64,000 nucleotides of DNA from Candidatus Obscuribacteraceae bacterium (lineage in GTDB: Bacteria > Cyanobacteriota > Vampirovibrionia > Obscuribacterales > Obscuribacteraceae): contig JBGAHS010000003.1 in the NCBI GenBank assembly GCA_044226015.1, positions 704,001 to 768,000 of the forward strand. Reading direction: 5' to 3'. Below are positions 30,291-40,332 of the stretch, one piece after another; the stretch's first letter is position 1, and each line of letters opens with the position of its first letter. A program made the position numbers and the translations under genes. A model generated the notes under the pieces. The model saw only the letters and a list, made by a program, of their open reading frames with translations, made no database searches and was not told the origin of the DNA.

Positions 30291-31679
30291 ATGAAACGCA
30301 CAACTGCAATTTCCTGCCTGGTGCTCGCCTGTCTTGCCGGCGTCACCACGGCAGCCTTGCAGGTTCGAACTCCTGCTCCGAATTCCGGACCGGACCTGCA
30401 AGACATGCTGAACACGCCGAAAACTGCGATGCAAATGCAGCTCTACTCGGCGAACCGCGACCCTGCCACAGGCAAGAGCGTCAGCGGCAAACAGCTCGGC
30501 TACGAGTACTACAAGAACGACGGCAAGACGAAATATCGCGCGAAGAACTTCTTCGAGAGCGGAGCAAGCGAAGAGCTCTACTTCCGCGATGACGGCAGCC
30601 TGGAAAAGGCTTTCGAATACTTCCCTCCCGTTGATGATGCCCCCGCCATTCTCAATGGCGCGGCGTCCTTCGAAGCTGACGGCAAGACCTACAAGAGCCA
30701 CCTCGTCTACAACGACAAGGGGGTTCGCGTGCGTCAGGGTCAGCTGCTCAGCTCAGGCGAATACCGGCAGACCTACTTCTGCGCCGATGGTTCCCGAGCA
30801 GAGAGCGAGCGCCTCTTCAATGCGAAGAAGGAGTTCGTCTCGGAGAAGCTCTACGACTGCTCCAACGGGCGGCTCATCGCCGAAATTCTGCCCAGCACTT
30901 ACTACGGGCAGCTGAAGGTTCTGCTCTACCGTGCCGATGGTACGCTCAAGGCAGACACGCTTCGCGACTACCAGGGCATCGGCGGCGTCGTCTACGACGT
31001 TGACGGACAGACCATCCTCTACGAATTCCGCGACGAACTCAGCTCTCGGTCGGTGAAGAAATTCACTCCCGACGGCAAGTTGATCGAGGAGTCGGCAAGC
31101 TCTTTCGGGCGCACCAGAATTGCCACGTACAATCCGACCACTGGCAAGCGAATTCGCTACCAGGAATGGAAAGAACGTCCTGGCGAGAATGGCGGTCCGA
31201 AGAAGCTTCTGCTGAGCCAGGTCACCGAGTACAATGACGACGCAGAAAATTCGCCCACGCGCGTGATCGAGATGAGCGGCGACGGCAAGTTGCCCGCCAG
31301 CGTCTCCATGCCGCTTCCGGCGAGCGTCGACCTCAAGTCGCTGACCCTGCCGAAAGTAGAAGGCGGGTTGGAGCAGCTCGAGAAGCTACGTTCGCAGATG
31401 AATCTCGTCAAGACGTTGGCTCCGGACGGCACGGTCACCAAGACCGAGCTGACCATCAACTACCAGTCCTGGAACAACACCGTGCAGCCGTCGACTGCAA
31501 CCGAGCGAATTTCTATCGACCCGCAGCTGCTCCGCATGCCGCAGGGTCAGGTGGATCTGCCGCAATTCGACAAGCTCGGTCCTGACCGGGTCTACGATTA
31601 CGGAACCAACGACAACCCCAACTCCTGGCCGACCACGTATCAGCAACGGTACATGGGCTACGGGATGGGCGGTCCGTAA
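30291..31679 (+). CDS. Membrane-anchored beta-hairpin repeat protein, paralog B
   Basis: Shares GPD..DMLN.PKT.MQM, GKSVSG..GYEYY, QTYFCADG and D.VYD with paralog A. Confidence 0.7.
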   Translation: MKRTTAISCLVLACLAGVTTAALQVRTPAPNSGPDLQDMLNTPKTAMQMQLYSANRDPATGKSVSGKQLGYEYYKNDGKTKYRAKNFFESGASEELYFRDDGSLEKAFEYFPPVDDAPAILNGAASFEADGKTYKSHLVYNDKGVRVRQGQLLSSGEYRQTYFCADGSRAESERLFNAKKEFVSEKLYDCSNGRLIAEILPSTYYGQLKVLLYRADGTLKADTLRDYQGIGGVVYDVDGQTILYEFRDELSSRSVKKFTPDGKLIEESASSFGRTRIATYNPTTGKRIRYQEWKERPGENGGPKKLLLSQVTEYNDDAENSPTRVIEMSGDGKLPASVSMPLPASVDLKSLTLPKVEGGLEQLEKLRSQMNLVKTLAPDGTVTKTELTINYQSWNNTVQPSTATERISIDPQLLRMPQGQVDLPQFDKLGPDRVYDYGTNDNPNSWPTTYQQRYMGYGMGGP

Positions 31680-31750
31680 AGCTCCTTCCTCAACAGGGTG
31701 ACCCAAGGTCACCCCTTATCTTCAACTCAGAGCTCATAAGGAGATTACCA

Positions 31751-32392
31751 ATGAGCAAGCAGAAAACTGTTCCGCTCTGGAGGAAGATCCTCTGGAGAGG
31801 GGTTGTGTTCCCCGTGTTCGCGCTCGGCATTCTCGCGGCCGGCAGCGTCGCCTATCTCGGCGGCATCACCGGTGGTGACAGCAACACCGTCCACAACGTC
31901 GTCGTCCTCGACGCGTCCAACGCCAAGTCCACCCAGGCCCAGATGCAGGCTGCTGCGCAGTCCGGCAAGCTGGTCTTCATGGAAATCTGCGACGGCGAGT
32001 TCTGCGCCGGTCAGACGGCCGAACTCGACAAGGTCGCCGAGAAGTACAAGGACAAGGTCTTCTTCGTGCAGGTGAAGCCCTCGCAGGTCGCGCCGCTGCT
32101 GCCGAAAATCGCGCAGCTGACGGGCGGTCGCCTGGCCTTCCCGATGCACTTCATCGACACCGGCAAGATGCCGCTGGTCGACGTGGGCATCAAGACCGCC
32201 GACGAACTCGACAAGATGGTCGAGGTCGCCCTCAAGGTCAAGTCTGGCGAAATCCAGATTCAGTCGGCGCCCAGCAGCGACGACACCGCGCCGGCCAACA
32301 AGGACGGCGATGCTTCTGCCAAACCCGAGACGCCCGCCAAGAAGGACGATGGCGCTCTCCCCGCAACCACGACTTCGCCCAACGGCAAGTAA
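31751..32392 (+). CDS. Membrane-anchored thioredoxin-fold protein with CX4C motif
   Basis: N-terminal TM; KLVFMEICDGEFC..Q..ELDKVAEKYKDKVFFVQV; AFP cis-Pro loop. Confidence 0.75.
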   Translation: MSKQKTVPLWRKILWRGVVFPVFALGILAAGSVAYLGGITGGDSNTVHNVVVLDASNAKSTQAQMQAAAQSGKLVFMEICDGEFCAGQTAELDKVAEKYKDKVFFVQVKPSQVAPLLPKIAQLTGGRLAFPMHFIDTGKMPLVDVGIKTADELDKMVEVALKVKSGEIQIQSAPSSDDTAPANKDGDASAKPETPAKKDDGALPATTTSPNGK

Positions 32393-32423
32393 GTCGAACT
32401 GATATCCTGAAGGAGTCACTACA

Positions 32424-34286
32424 ATGTTGACCAATCCTGGCCTCATTCTGCTCGTCGTCGGTCTGCTCGGACTCGCCGGCATGTTCTGCTTCAACGACAA
32501 GTTCCGCAAGGAGCTCGGTCGCACCGCGTTCAAGTGGCGCTGGATGTTCCTCATCCCCGCCAGCATCTACGCCGTCACCTCCATCTTCCTCGGCGTCGGC
32601 ACCACCAACTCCCTCGTTCCCGGCGCCCTCGGTGCCGTCCTGCAGATCGTCATGATGATGTTCATGATGGTCATCCAGTGGGTCGCCATGATGTGGATCA
32701 TGGCGCGTCCGAAGATCGACTGGTACATGCCGGGCGAAACCCTGGACAACCTGACCTGGGACGACTACGTCGGCAACGACGAGATCCGCGACAAGATGAA
32801 GGACCTGATGGACTTCCTGCAGGACCCGGACAAGTTCCGCGCCAAGGGTGCGAAGCTGCCGAAGGGTATCCTGATGCGCGGTGAGCCCGGCGTCGGCAAG
32901 ACCTACCTGGCCCGCATCATCGCCAACGAAGCCGGCGTTCCGATCGCCATCTGCGAGTCGAGCTCGATGCAGAGCCCGTTCGTCGCGGTCGGCGCCCTCA
33001 TGGTGAAGTCGCTCTACAAGAAGCTGCGCAAGCATGCTCTGACCTACGGTTCCGCCATCGTCTTCTTCGACGAAATCGATGCGATCGGCATGAGCCGTTC
33101 GCGTCAGGGTGGTGCTGGTGCTGCCATGTCCTTCATGGGTGGTGGCGCCGGCGGTGGCATCCTCAACGCGCTGCTCGGCGCGATGGATGGCATCAACTCC
33201 AACGAAGGCTTCATCGCCAAGACCGCTCGCCGCTTCGGCCTGCACAAGGCAAAGCCGGCCAACGCGACCGTCATCACCATCGGCGCCACCAACGCTCCTC
33301 TGGAAGCGCTGGACCCGGCTCTGATCCGTGAAGGTCGTCTGGACTGGAAGATCACCGTCACCTCCGCCGGTGACGAGGGTCGTGAGCAGCAGATCCGCTA
33401 CTTCCTCGGCAAGCGTCCGCACGACGAGTCCGTCGACGTGAAGGACCTGGTCTCGGACTTCCGTGGTGAGACCCCGGTCGCCATCGACACCTCGCTCAAC
33501 AACGCCATGATCCGCGCCATCCGTGCGGGTCGTGAGAAGATGAACTACAACGACGTCATCATGAGCCTCTGGGACCGCAACTTCGGCCTGCCGAGCCCCA
33601 TCACTCTGGGCGAGCTGGACAAGGAGCGCGTCGCCTACCACGAGGCTGGTCACGCTCTGGTCGCTGCTCTCTGGCCGATGACCGGCTGGAGCTGCTGGGG
33701 TGCGAGCATCCTGCCCCGCGACGGCGCCCTCGGCATGGTCATCACCAAGCCGTTCGCCGACGTGCACACCAACACCGAGGAAGACCTGTCCCGCCGCATC
33801 CTGCTGTCGGTCGCGTCCCGCGCGGTGGAGGAGCTGGTTCTGAAGATCAAGATGAACGGCTTCTCGGGCGACCTGCAGTCCGCGACCACGGTTGCGGTGC
33901 ACATGCTGTCGACCTACGGCATGGGCGAAGACCTGATCTCCTTCTCGGCGATCGGTCAGCAGACCTCGCCGGAAGTGCTCGCGCACGCCAAGCTCATCGT
34001 CAAGGCTCACCTCGAGCTGGCGAAGGAGCTGGTGACCGAGAACAAGGCCTGCGTCGAGGCGATCGCCAAGGGTCTGCTCGCTGAGCGTGACCTCGACGGC
34101 CACGCCGTGCGCAAGATCGCCGAAGCCACGGCGGTCACTTCCAAGGACATCGAAATCTGGCCGCGTGCGGCTGCGATCATCGAGCGTCTCAAGGAAGAGG
34201 CGAAGGCCAAGAAGGTGAAGGAGCGCATCGAGTTCGCCAAGGCCCTCAAGGCCGCCGGCGCCGATGACGCTTCGCTGCTCGGCTAA
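32424..34286 (+). CDS. ftsH: FtsH-type ATP-dependent zinc metalloprotease (AAA plus M41)
   Basis: GEPGVGKT, FFDEIDAIG, LDPALIREGRLD, AYHEAGH, RAVEE, SGDLQSAT; a divergent paralog rather than necessarily the housekeeping FtsH. Confidence 0.9.
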   Translation: MLTNPGLILLVVGLLGLAGMFCFNDKFRKELGRTAFKWRWMFLIPASIYAVTSIFLGVGTTNSLVPGALGAVLQIVMMMFMMVIQWVAMMWIMARPKIDWYMPGETLDNLTWDDYVGNDEIRDKMKDLMDFLQDPDKFRAKGAKLPKGILMRGEPGVGKTYLARIIANEAGVPIAICESSSMQSPFVAVGALMVKSLYKKLRKHALTYGSAIVFFDEIDAIGMSRSRQGGAGAAMSFMGGGAGGGILNALLGAMDGINSNEGFIAKTARRFGLHKAKPANATVITIGATNAPLEALDPALIREGRLDWKITVTSAGDEGREQQIRYFLGKRPHDESVDVKDLVSDFRGETPVAIDTSLNNAMIRAIRAGREKMNYNDVIMSLWDRNFGLPSPITLGELDKERVAYHEAGHALVAALWPMTGWSCWGASILPRDGALGMVITKPFADVHTNTEEDLSRRILLSVASRAVEELVLKIKMNGFSGDLQSATTVAVHMLSTYGMGEDLISFSAIGQQTSPEVLAHAKLIVKAHLELAKELVTENKACVEAIAKGLLAERDLDGHAVRKIAEATAVTSKDIEIWPRAAAIIERLKEEAKAKKVKERIEFAKALKAAGADDASLLG

Positions 34287-34352
34287 TCACTGAGCACGAA
34301 CCGCTCACAGCGGGGACCGGGCAAACGCTCGGTCCCCGTTCACAACTATGGA

Positions 34353-34391
34353 GAGACGGAAAGCCCCAGTGGCTTTCCGTCTTCCTTTTTT
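34353..34391 (+). terminator. Terminator of operon copy 2
   Basis: AGACGGAAAGCC/GGCTTTCCGTCT stem plus T tract; another hairpin at 34311-34338. Confidence 0.8.
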
Positions 34392-34680
34392 ACATTTTCG
34401 GCTTCTACTTCTAATAGTGAGTTTTGCCGAAACAGCCTGCATTTCTTTGCAGACTGCTTCGCTAAAGCTCCCGCGATCGCAGCGTGGAATTGATATCCAG
34501 GACTGTCGATATCTCAAACGAAAAACTCGAACACTTCAGTGTTCCTGTCTATCTTGCAAACGCATGTACAAAAACGAATTCGCAGAATTCGTCTGGACTG
34601 CGACATCTCCTGTCCTGGAGAGACGCGAGCAATGGTGCCCGCGTAGATTCCACTCAAGCAACTGACCAAAGGAGGTCACT

Positions 34681-35037
34681 ATGTCTCGCTGCGATCAATA
34701 CGTCGGTCTGAACGCCTGGGCTAGCCGCTTTGTCACCCGCAAGGTCAAGGTTCGCGAACAGGGCGTGCGCTACTTCGCCGATGGTTCGAAGCAGAGCTTC
34801 AACCGTTGGCGGCGCATGCCTGTCGCGCGCTGCGAACACGCTGGTATCATCCGCGGTGCCTGGAAACCCGAAGTCGCGAAGCTTCACCGCTACACGATGC
34901 CGAACGGCGAAGTGTATGTGGAATTCGTGCAAGCTGCCCCCTGGTGCGGTGGTCCCAACTACTTCATCGCGCTCAAGGACAAGCACGGGCAGGTCGTTCA
35001 AGAGTCCCTCTGGACCGACGAGGAGATTCAGGGCTAG
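34681..35037 (+). CDS. Small hypothetical protein, family member 2 of 3
   Basis: QYVGLNAWA...LHRYTMPNGEVYVEFVQAAPWCGGPNYFIALKDKHG; RBS AAGGAGG. Confidence 0.88.
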   Translation: MSRCDQYVGLNAWASRFVTRKVKVREQGVRYFADGSKQSFNRWRRMPVARCEHAGIIRGAWKPEVAKLHRYTMPNGEVYVEFVQAAPWCGGPNYFIALKDKHGQVVQESLWTDEEIQG

Positions 35038-35144
35038 CACCCTGGTCTTCTAAGGGAACTGCAGACAGGAGGGCGGTGTGCTTCGGCGCGCTGCCCTCCT
35101 GTTGTTTCGCCTCGCCAATTCGATCAATCTCAGAAGAGGGAAAT

Positions 35145-35537
35145 ATGGAAGAACTCATCAAGCGACTTTTCGCCGCATCTTTCGCGGCAGTTACGGCCGG
35201 CGCTCTTTTCGCCGTCTTCTACAACGGACTTTCCGGTCGCTACATGATCGGCTACGACTACGACAGCACCATCTGGATTGGCGCCGCCTTCGGACTGCTG
35301 ACCACCGCCGGGCTCGCCATCAGCGGGGCTCTGAAGAAAGGCGTGAAGTGGCCGCGCATCGTCTTCTCCGGCTTCGGCACGGGCGCTCTGCTCTATCTCG
35401 CCAACGTCTGGCTGAGCCTGAACGCCGGCTTCACGCTGAAGGGACTGGCGGTCGTCTCCGGCTACGGCGGATTCTGCGCGGCGTTCATCGCGCTTTTCCT
35501 CTGGTCGGTCTTCGCGCCGCTTCCTTCCCAGGAATAA
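35145..35537 (+). CDS. Small four-TM membrane protein
   Basis: True start MEELIKRL at ATG 35145 (RBS GAGGG); four Gly-rich hydrophobic segments. Confidence 0.8.
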   Translation: MEELIKRLFAASFAAVTAGALFAVFYNGLSGRYMIGYDYDSTIWIGAAFGLLTTAGLAISGALKKGVKWPRIVFSGFGTGALLYLANVWLSLNAGFTLKGLAVVSGYGGFCAAFIALFLWSVFAPLPSQE

Positions 35538-35545
35538 GCGCACGG

Positions 35546-35581
35546 AAAGTGGCAGTTGAGCGAAAGCTCTCTGTCACTTTT
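35546..35581 (+). terminator. Intrinsic terminator, homologous to 14238-14273
   Basis: AAAGTGGCAGTTGAGC-GAAA-GCTCTCTGTCACTTTT. Confidence 0.8.
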
Positions 35582-35654
35582 CGACTTTTAAATCACAAAA
35601 TTCGCGCATCTCAAACCCATTCTTGTCTTTTAAACGCCTTTTTGTCTTTTAAAT

Positions 35655-38150
35655 TCACTCTGATTGACTGCCAGAATCTCGTCGGCTAGTCAGCAAAAGA
35701 GAGACGAACGCGCAAACGTAGAACAAGACGCCGCAAATAAATGAAAGTTGAATTCCAGCGAGCATTGCCACAATTATTGCCAGCACTGAGGTCCAAACTG
35801 ATGATGCACCGTTTATGCCCCAGAGCCACGGAGTAAGCGCCGGAGCCTGCTTGAGGGCGACTCTCATACCAGCAGGAAAGCCACTGCCAAGAGCCAGTCC
35901 GAGAGGAAAAAGCAAAGCAACGGCGCTAAGAATTCGCCCGCTGATTTGATATTCCACGCCAGCATCTAAAATGCCACCAGATACGCTGGCATACAAAACG
36001 AGCAAAAGCAGAATGATCGCTGGCGCTGCTACTGCTTGAATCTTGCCTTTGCTAATCCAAACCTCAGACAGAGCACTTCCTACTCCGGTAGAAAGTAAGA
36101 GAGCGAAAAGAACAACGGAAAGACCATAAACAGGATGCCCAAGGAAAATTGTCAGCCTCTCAATTTGAGACATCTCAATAAACATGAAGCCAGCACCGAT
36201 GCAAAAAAAGTATGCCAATAGATACTTCGAACTTTTGATCAGCTCTTTGTCGCTGCTCTGAAGATAGGGAATTCTGATGCAATAAACAGCGATGACAAAA
36301 GTTGCAAGTCCTGCCACAAGCAAAAGCAAGCCAGCCATTATATTGCTTATGTTCATGTTGCGTGCAAAAGCTTGCGGGTCAGTCAAATGAGCCAGACTGA
36401 TTGGCTGAAAGAAAAACGGACTATCATCCGTAGGAGCCTGCAGGTTGAAGGGCACGGAAGCAGCGGCCTTGGCGGGGTCTTCTCCTCTGGCTAAAGCAGC
36501 AAGTATTGGGTCTTTAGAATTATGCAAATCGTACATAAGTTCAAAGCCCATATCAGCTGCATACTGTTCTATCTTTTTGTAATCATCTTCTGAAAATGAG
36601 TCTGGAGAAAGAAGCAAGGTTCCCACACCATCGGGAATCATGTTTTCTTTCAAAGGCATATTGCGCAAAACAATGATGTGAGAAGAAGGATCCTTCCCTT
36701 GCAATTTCAAACTGTGTGCCGAAAGAGCCACAAGCCGGTAAAACTCTGATGGAATGCCGTGTGCGTACCATCGCGACACGGTCAAAACACCATGTGGCTT
36801 TAAGTGATTCAACAAAATTCGAAAAGACTCGACAGTATAGAGCCCATTTTCAGACAGAGTATAGGCACCGCTAGCAGTGGCAGCCCAGGTGTCAATCATC
36901 GACACCTGAATAATGTCAAACTTACTTTGAGTTCTGGTGATATAGCTGCGCGCCTCATCGTTTACTAGCGTAACGCGCGAGTTTGATTTCAGGTGGCCGC
37001 TGTAGTCCGCAAAGCGATCATGCACAGTGTTTAATATGTTTTCGTTGATATCGATCGCTGTCACATGACTATCACCAAATATCAGCGCAGACAGCAAATC
37101 TTTGCCGCCACCAGCTCCCACAATAGCGGTTTCAGACGCTGGGCGAATATAGTGCACCGCATTCGAGATTTCGTATTTAAGATGGTCTACTACACTTGCA
37201 TCTCCAGAAAATTTCAGTATGGGTGTTGCGGCCCCTCCATCAATGTCCAGATATAAGAACCTGGCTTTCACTCCCGCAACACGTGGGCTAAGTCCATAGG
37301 GATCGGCAACGCTCATTGCCTCTCCATCTCCGAAAACTCTCACACGCGAAAATGAATTCCAGAGATGATAAAGGTTCGCAGACTCTCTCAGTCCTTTTGT
37401 CCACCCAATCGTAATCAATGGGTGCTGGCTGCGGTATGTCATAGCTTGAACTGCTGTTCCTAAAGCGAAGAGCAGCGAACAAACAATTGCAAGCAAACTC
37501 AAGTTCTTGTTTTTTTCTGGACTTGAGCAATTGAACAGCAACGCTGCCAGAGACGCTACCGCTGAGATCATAAACACACAACTAATACCATCCATCAGCC
37601 TCAAGGCCCAGACCAGAGCCAAACACCCGAGGGCGGCGCCAACAAGGTCTGCAGCATATAGCGCAGCAACCTGTTTGGGAAAGCGCGTCAAACAAAGCGA
37701 AATCACAATTCCGCTTGCACTAAAGGCCGCTATGGTAAAAGGTATTGTCACAAGTAACGCCAGCACCATGATTACCGCAGCATTAGCATCACCAAGCAAA
37801 TAGGGAAAGTACAAATGCACAAGAATAGCTAGTGCAGCAAGAATGCTGAAGCCTGCAGAAAACAGAGACATATGTTCACTGCTGCGTTCTTGCGTGAAAA
37901 AAGCAGGGCGCAAATATACGGCGATGCCTCCAGCGGCAAGTCCAGTAATAGTCACAGAGATTGATAGAAAAGCAAAGTGATACCAGGTAGTAACACTAAA
38001 AATGCGGGTGAGCAAGACCTCATACATGAGCGTTGCCATAGCCAGCAAGAATAGACCCGCAAACGTGCGAAAATTTGCCACTTCGAAAACTCTTTCAGAT
38101 AGTAATACCGAACTAATCGATCTTACACGATAGGGATCTAAGTCGGCCAC
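35655..38150 (-). CDS. Polytopic membrane protein with central spermidine-synthase-like SAM-dependent domain
   Basis: Multiple TM segments at both ends; VGAGGGKD, DINE, DEARSYI, FDIIQ, LSENGLYTVE; start uncertain. Confidence 0.88.
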   Translation of the reverse strand: MADLDPYRVRSISSVLLSERVFEVANFRTFAGLFLLAMATLMYEVLLTRIFSVTTWYHFAFLSISVTITGLAAGGIAVYLRPAFFTQERSSEHMSLFSAGFSILAALAILVHLYFPYLLGDANAAVIMVLALLVTIPFTIAAFSASGIVISLCLTRFPKQVAALYAADLVGAALGCLALVWALRLMDGISCVFMISAVASLAALLFNCSSPEKNKNLSLLAIVCSLLFALGTAVQAMTYRSQHPLITIGWTKGLRESANLYHLWNSFSRVRVFGDGEAMSVADPYGLSPRVAGVKARFLYLDIDGGAATPILKFSGDASVVDHLKYEISNAVHYIRPASETAIVGAGGGKDLLSALIFGDSHVTAIDINENILNTVHDRFADYSGHLKSNSRVTLVNDEARSYITRTQSKFDIIQVSMIDTWAATASGAYTLSENGLYTVESFRILLNHLKPHGVLTVSRWYAHGIPSEFYRLVALSAHSLKLQGKDPSSHIIVLRNMPLKENMIPDGVGTLLLSPDSFSEDDYKKIEQYAADMGFELMYDLHNSKDPILAALARGEDPAKAAASVPFNLQAPTDDSPFFFQPISLAHLTDPQAFARNMNISNIMAGLLLLVAGLATFVIAVYCIRIPYLQSSDKELIKSSKYLLAYFFCIGAGFMFIEMSQIERLTIFLGHPVYGLSVVLFALLLSTGVGSALSEVWISKGKIQAVAAPAIILLLLVLYASVSGGILDAGVEYQISGRILSAVALLFPLGLALGSGFPAGMRVALKQAPALTPWLWGINGASSVWTSVLAIIVAMLAGIQLSFICGVLFYVCAFVSLLLTSRRDSGSQSE

Positions 38151-38618
38151 TTTACTAGGCCAGCAAACAGGTTTTGGGATTTTCCAATGATCCTAGCTCA
38201 AGCTAGCGCAGACTGGGCGAAACGAGCTATCGTAGGTTCCCATGCTTAGATCTGCAGTTCTGAATCGCAAAATTATCAGCAGCAAGACGTTGTTAGCAAC
38301 AGTGGTGCAGCGGCACTAATGATGTGCGGCCCGATTTTCTGTCTAATCTGGAAAGAAAGAGCCGCTAAACGCCCAAAACGTCCGCCTGGCGGGGTTACAT
38401 CTCACTCATCTACTTGCATGGCTGATGCACTGGTGGCTAAGGTGGTGGCGTCACTCCATATTGCCGATCCGGTAAAGAACTCCCGAACACGCGCATAGCT
38501 CACACTCTTCATCACATCAAGCGAACCTGAGGTATCGCTAAGGAGAGTTGGCTTGCTGTTTGTTCTGGAATTCTTGTCGGCAGGGAAACATAACAAACCA
38601 ACGCAGAAAGGTTTTCTC

Positions 38619-39884
38619 ATGAATACCAAATCCGGTTCCGCTTCACCGCGGAAGCTTTCTCATGCCGCGCGTATCGACCGTCTCGGCAATGTTGCCGTGA
38701 ACGTCGGCCTCGGCCTTCAGCCCGGTCAGGAACTCATTCTCTCGGCCCCGGTCGAAGCGCTTCCTCTGGTTCGCGCCATCACCGAGCACGCCTACAAGGC
38801 GGGCGCTCCCGCGGTGCACACGTTCTACACGGACGAGCAATCGACGCTGGCGCGCTACAAGTTCGCTCACGACCACACCTTCGACCACGCGGCCACCTGG
38901 CTCGTCGACGGCATGGCCTCCGCCCTTCGCAACGGTGCGGCTCGCCTCTCCATCACCGGCAGCCACCCTTCGTTGCTCGCCGAACAAGACCCCAGCAAGG
39001 TGGGACGAGCCATGAAGGCTTCGTCTGCCGCCAGCCGCGGGGTCGCGAAAATCATCGGCGGCTTCGAGGTCAACTGGTCCATCGTGTCCTTCGCCAGCCC
39101 GGCCTGGGCCCGAATGGTCTTCCCGCACCTGCCCGAGAAGCAAGCCGTCAAGGCTCTTTGGGAAGCCATCTTCGCCGCATCGCGCGTCAACTGCGAAGAC
39201 CCGGTGGCCGAATGGAAGGCGCACAATAAGGCGCTCGCCACCCGCACCGCCTGGCTCAACGACAAGCGCTTCTCCACCCTGCACTTCAAGGGTCCCGGCA
39301 CCGACCTGAAGGTCGGCCTGGCCGACGACCACACCTGGTGCGGCGGCGCAGAGAAAGCAAGAAACGGTGTCGTCTGCAATCCGAACATCCCCACCGAGGA
39401 GGTGTTCACGACGCCGCACATGCTGCGCACCGAGGGCTACGTCAGCTCCACCAAGCCGCTCTCGAACAATGGCGCCCTCATGGACGGCATCCGCGTTCGA
39501 TTCGAAGGCGGTCGCATCGTCGAAGCGAGCGCAAGCAAGGGTCAGGACGCTCTCGATCGCATGATCAACGCGGACGAAGGCGCGCGCCGGCTGGGTGAAG
39601 TTGCCCTGGTGCCGCACTCCTCGCCCATCTCGGCCAGCGGCGTGCTGTTCTACAACACGCTCTACGACGAGAACGCCGCCAGCCACATCGCGCTGGGTCG
39701 TGCGTACAACACCTGCATCAGCAACGGCGGCAACATGAGCCAGGACGAGCTGAGCAGCCGTGGCTCGAACGACAGCGTCATTCACGTCGACTGGATGATC
39801 GGCTCTGACAAGGTCGACGTCGACGGCATCAACGCCGACGGCAGCGTCGAGCCGGTGATGCGCAAGGGTGAGTGGGCGCAGTAA
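38619..39884 (+). CDS. Aminopeptidase, M29 family (AmpS/AmpT/PepS type)
   Basis: NIPTEEVFT, LGEVALV, NTLYDENAASHIALG, SVIHVDWMIG. Confidence 0.93.
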   Translation: MNTKSGSASPRKLSHAARIDRLGNVAVNVGLGLQPGQELILSAPVEALPLVRAITEHAYKAGAPAVHTFYTDEQSTLARYKFAHDHTFDHAATWLVDGMASALRNGAARLSITGSHPSLLAEQDPSKVGRAMKASSAASRGVAKIIGGFEVNWSIVSFASPAWARMVFPHLPEKQAVKALWEAIFAASRVNCEDPVAEWKAHNKALATRTAWLNDKRFSTLHFKGPGTDLKVGLADDHTWCGGAEKARNGVVCNPNIPTEEVFTTPHMLRTEGYVSSTKPLSNNGALMDGIRVRFEGGRIVEASASKGQDALDRMINADEGARRLGEVALVPHSSPISASGVLFYNTLYDENAASHIALGRAYNTCISNGGNMSQDELSSRGSNDSVIHVDWMIGSDKVDVDGINADGSVEPVMRKGEWAQ

Positions 39885-40029
39885 GGGTCAATTCCTGAAC
39901 AGGAGGTCCGCCATCATATCCGGTGCGCGGACCTCCTACTTTCCTAGCGTACCATCAGCAACTTTGGTGGCAGAACGGGTCTAACGATGCTGCTCTGCCA
40001 CCTTCCATGCTGATTCCCAAAAGGAGGAC

Positions 40030-40332
40030 ATGATGTCCTGGTACACCGGAAAAGTGCTTCAAATCCAAACGGAGGCGAAGTCAACCACCACAACCGAAAA
40101 ATCTCTGCTTTCGTGCAAGACCAGCACAACGACCGAAACGGTCTATTACCTGCTGATCCAAATCGAAGAACACAAGCAACCGATCGCCCTGCGAGGTTCC
40201 GCAAAATGGATGCCGGAACTTCCGCTTGTCCTGGTCGGCGACACCATCAGCTTCACCATTCCGCGCAACTCCGCGCAGTATGGATTTGCACAACTCAGCA
40301 TCCATTTCAACAAAAGAGAGCCCAACAAATGA
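40030..40332 (+). CDS. Hypothetical beta-rich protein (100 aa)
   Basis: RBS AAGGAGG; ATGA overlap with the next gene. Confidence 0.75.
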   Translation: MMSWYTGKVLQIQTEAKSTTTTEKSLLSCKTSTTTETVYYLLIQIEEHKQPIALRGSAKWMPELPLVLVGDTISFTIPRNSAQYGFAQLSIHFNKREPNK

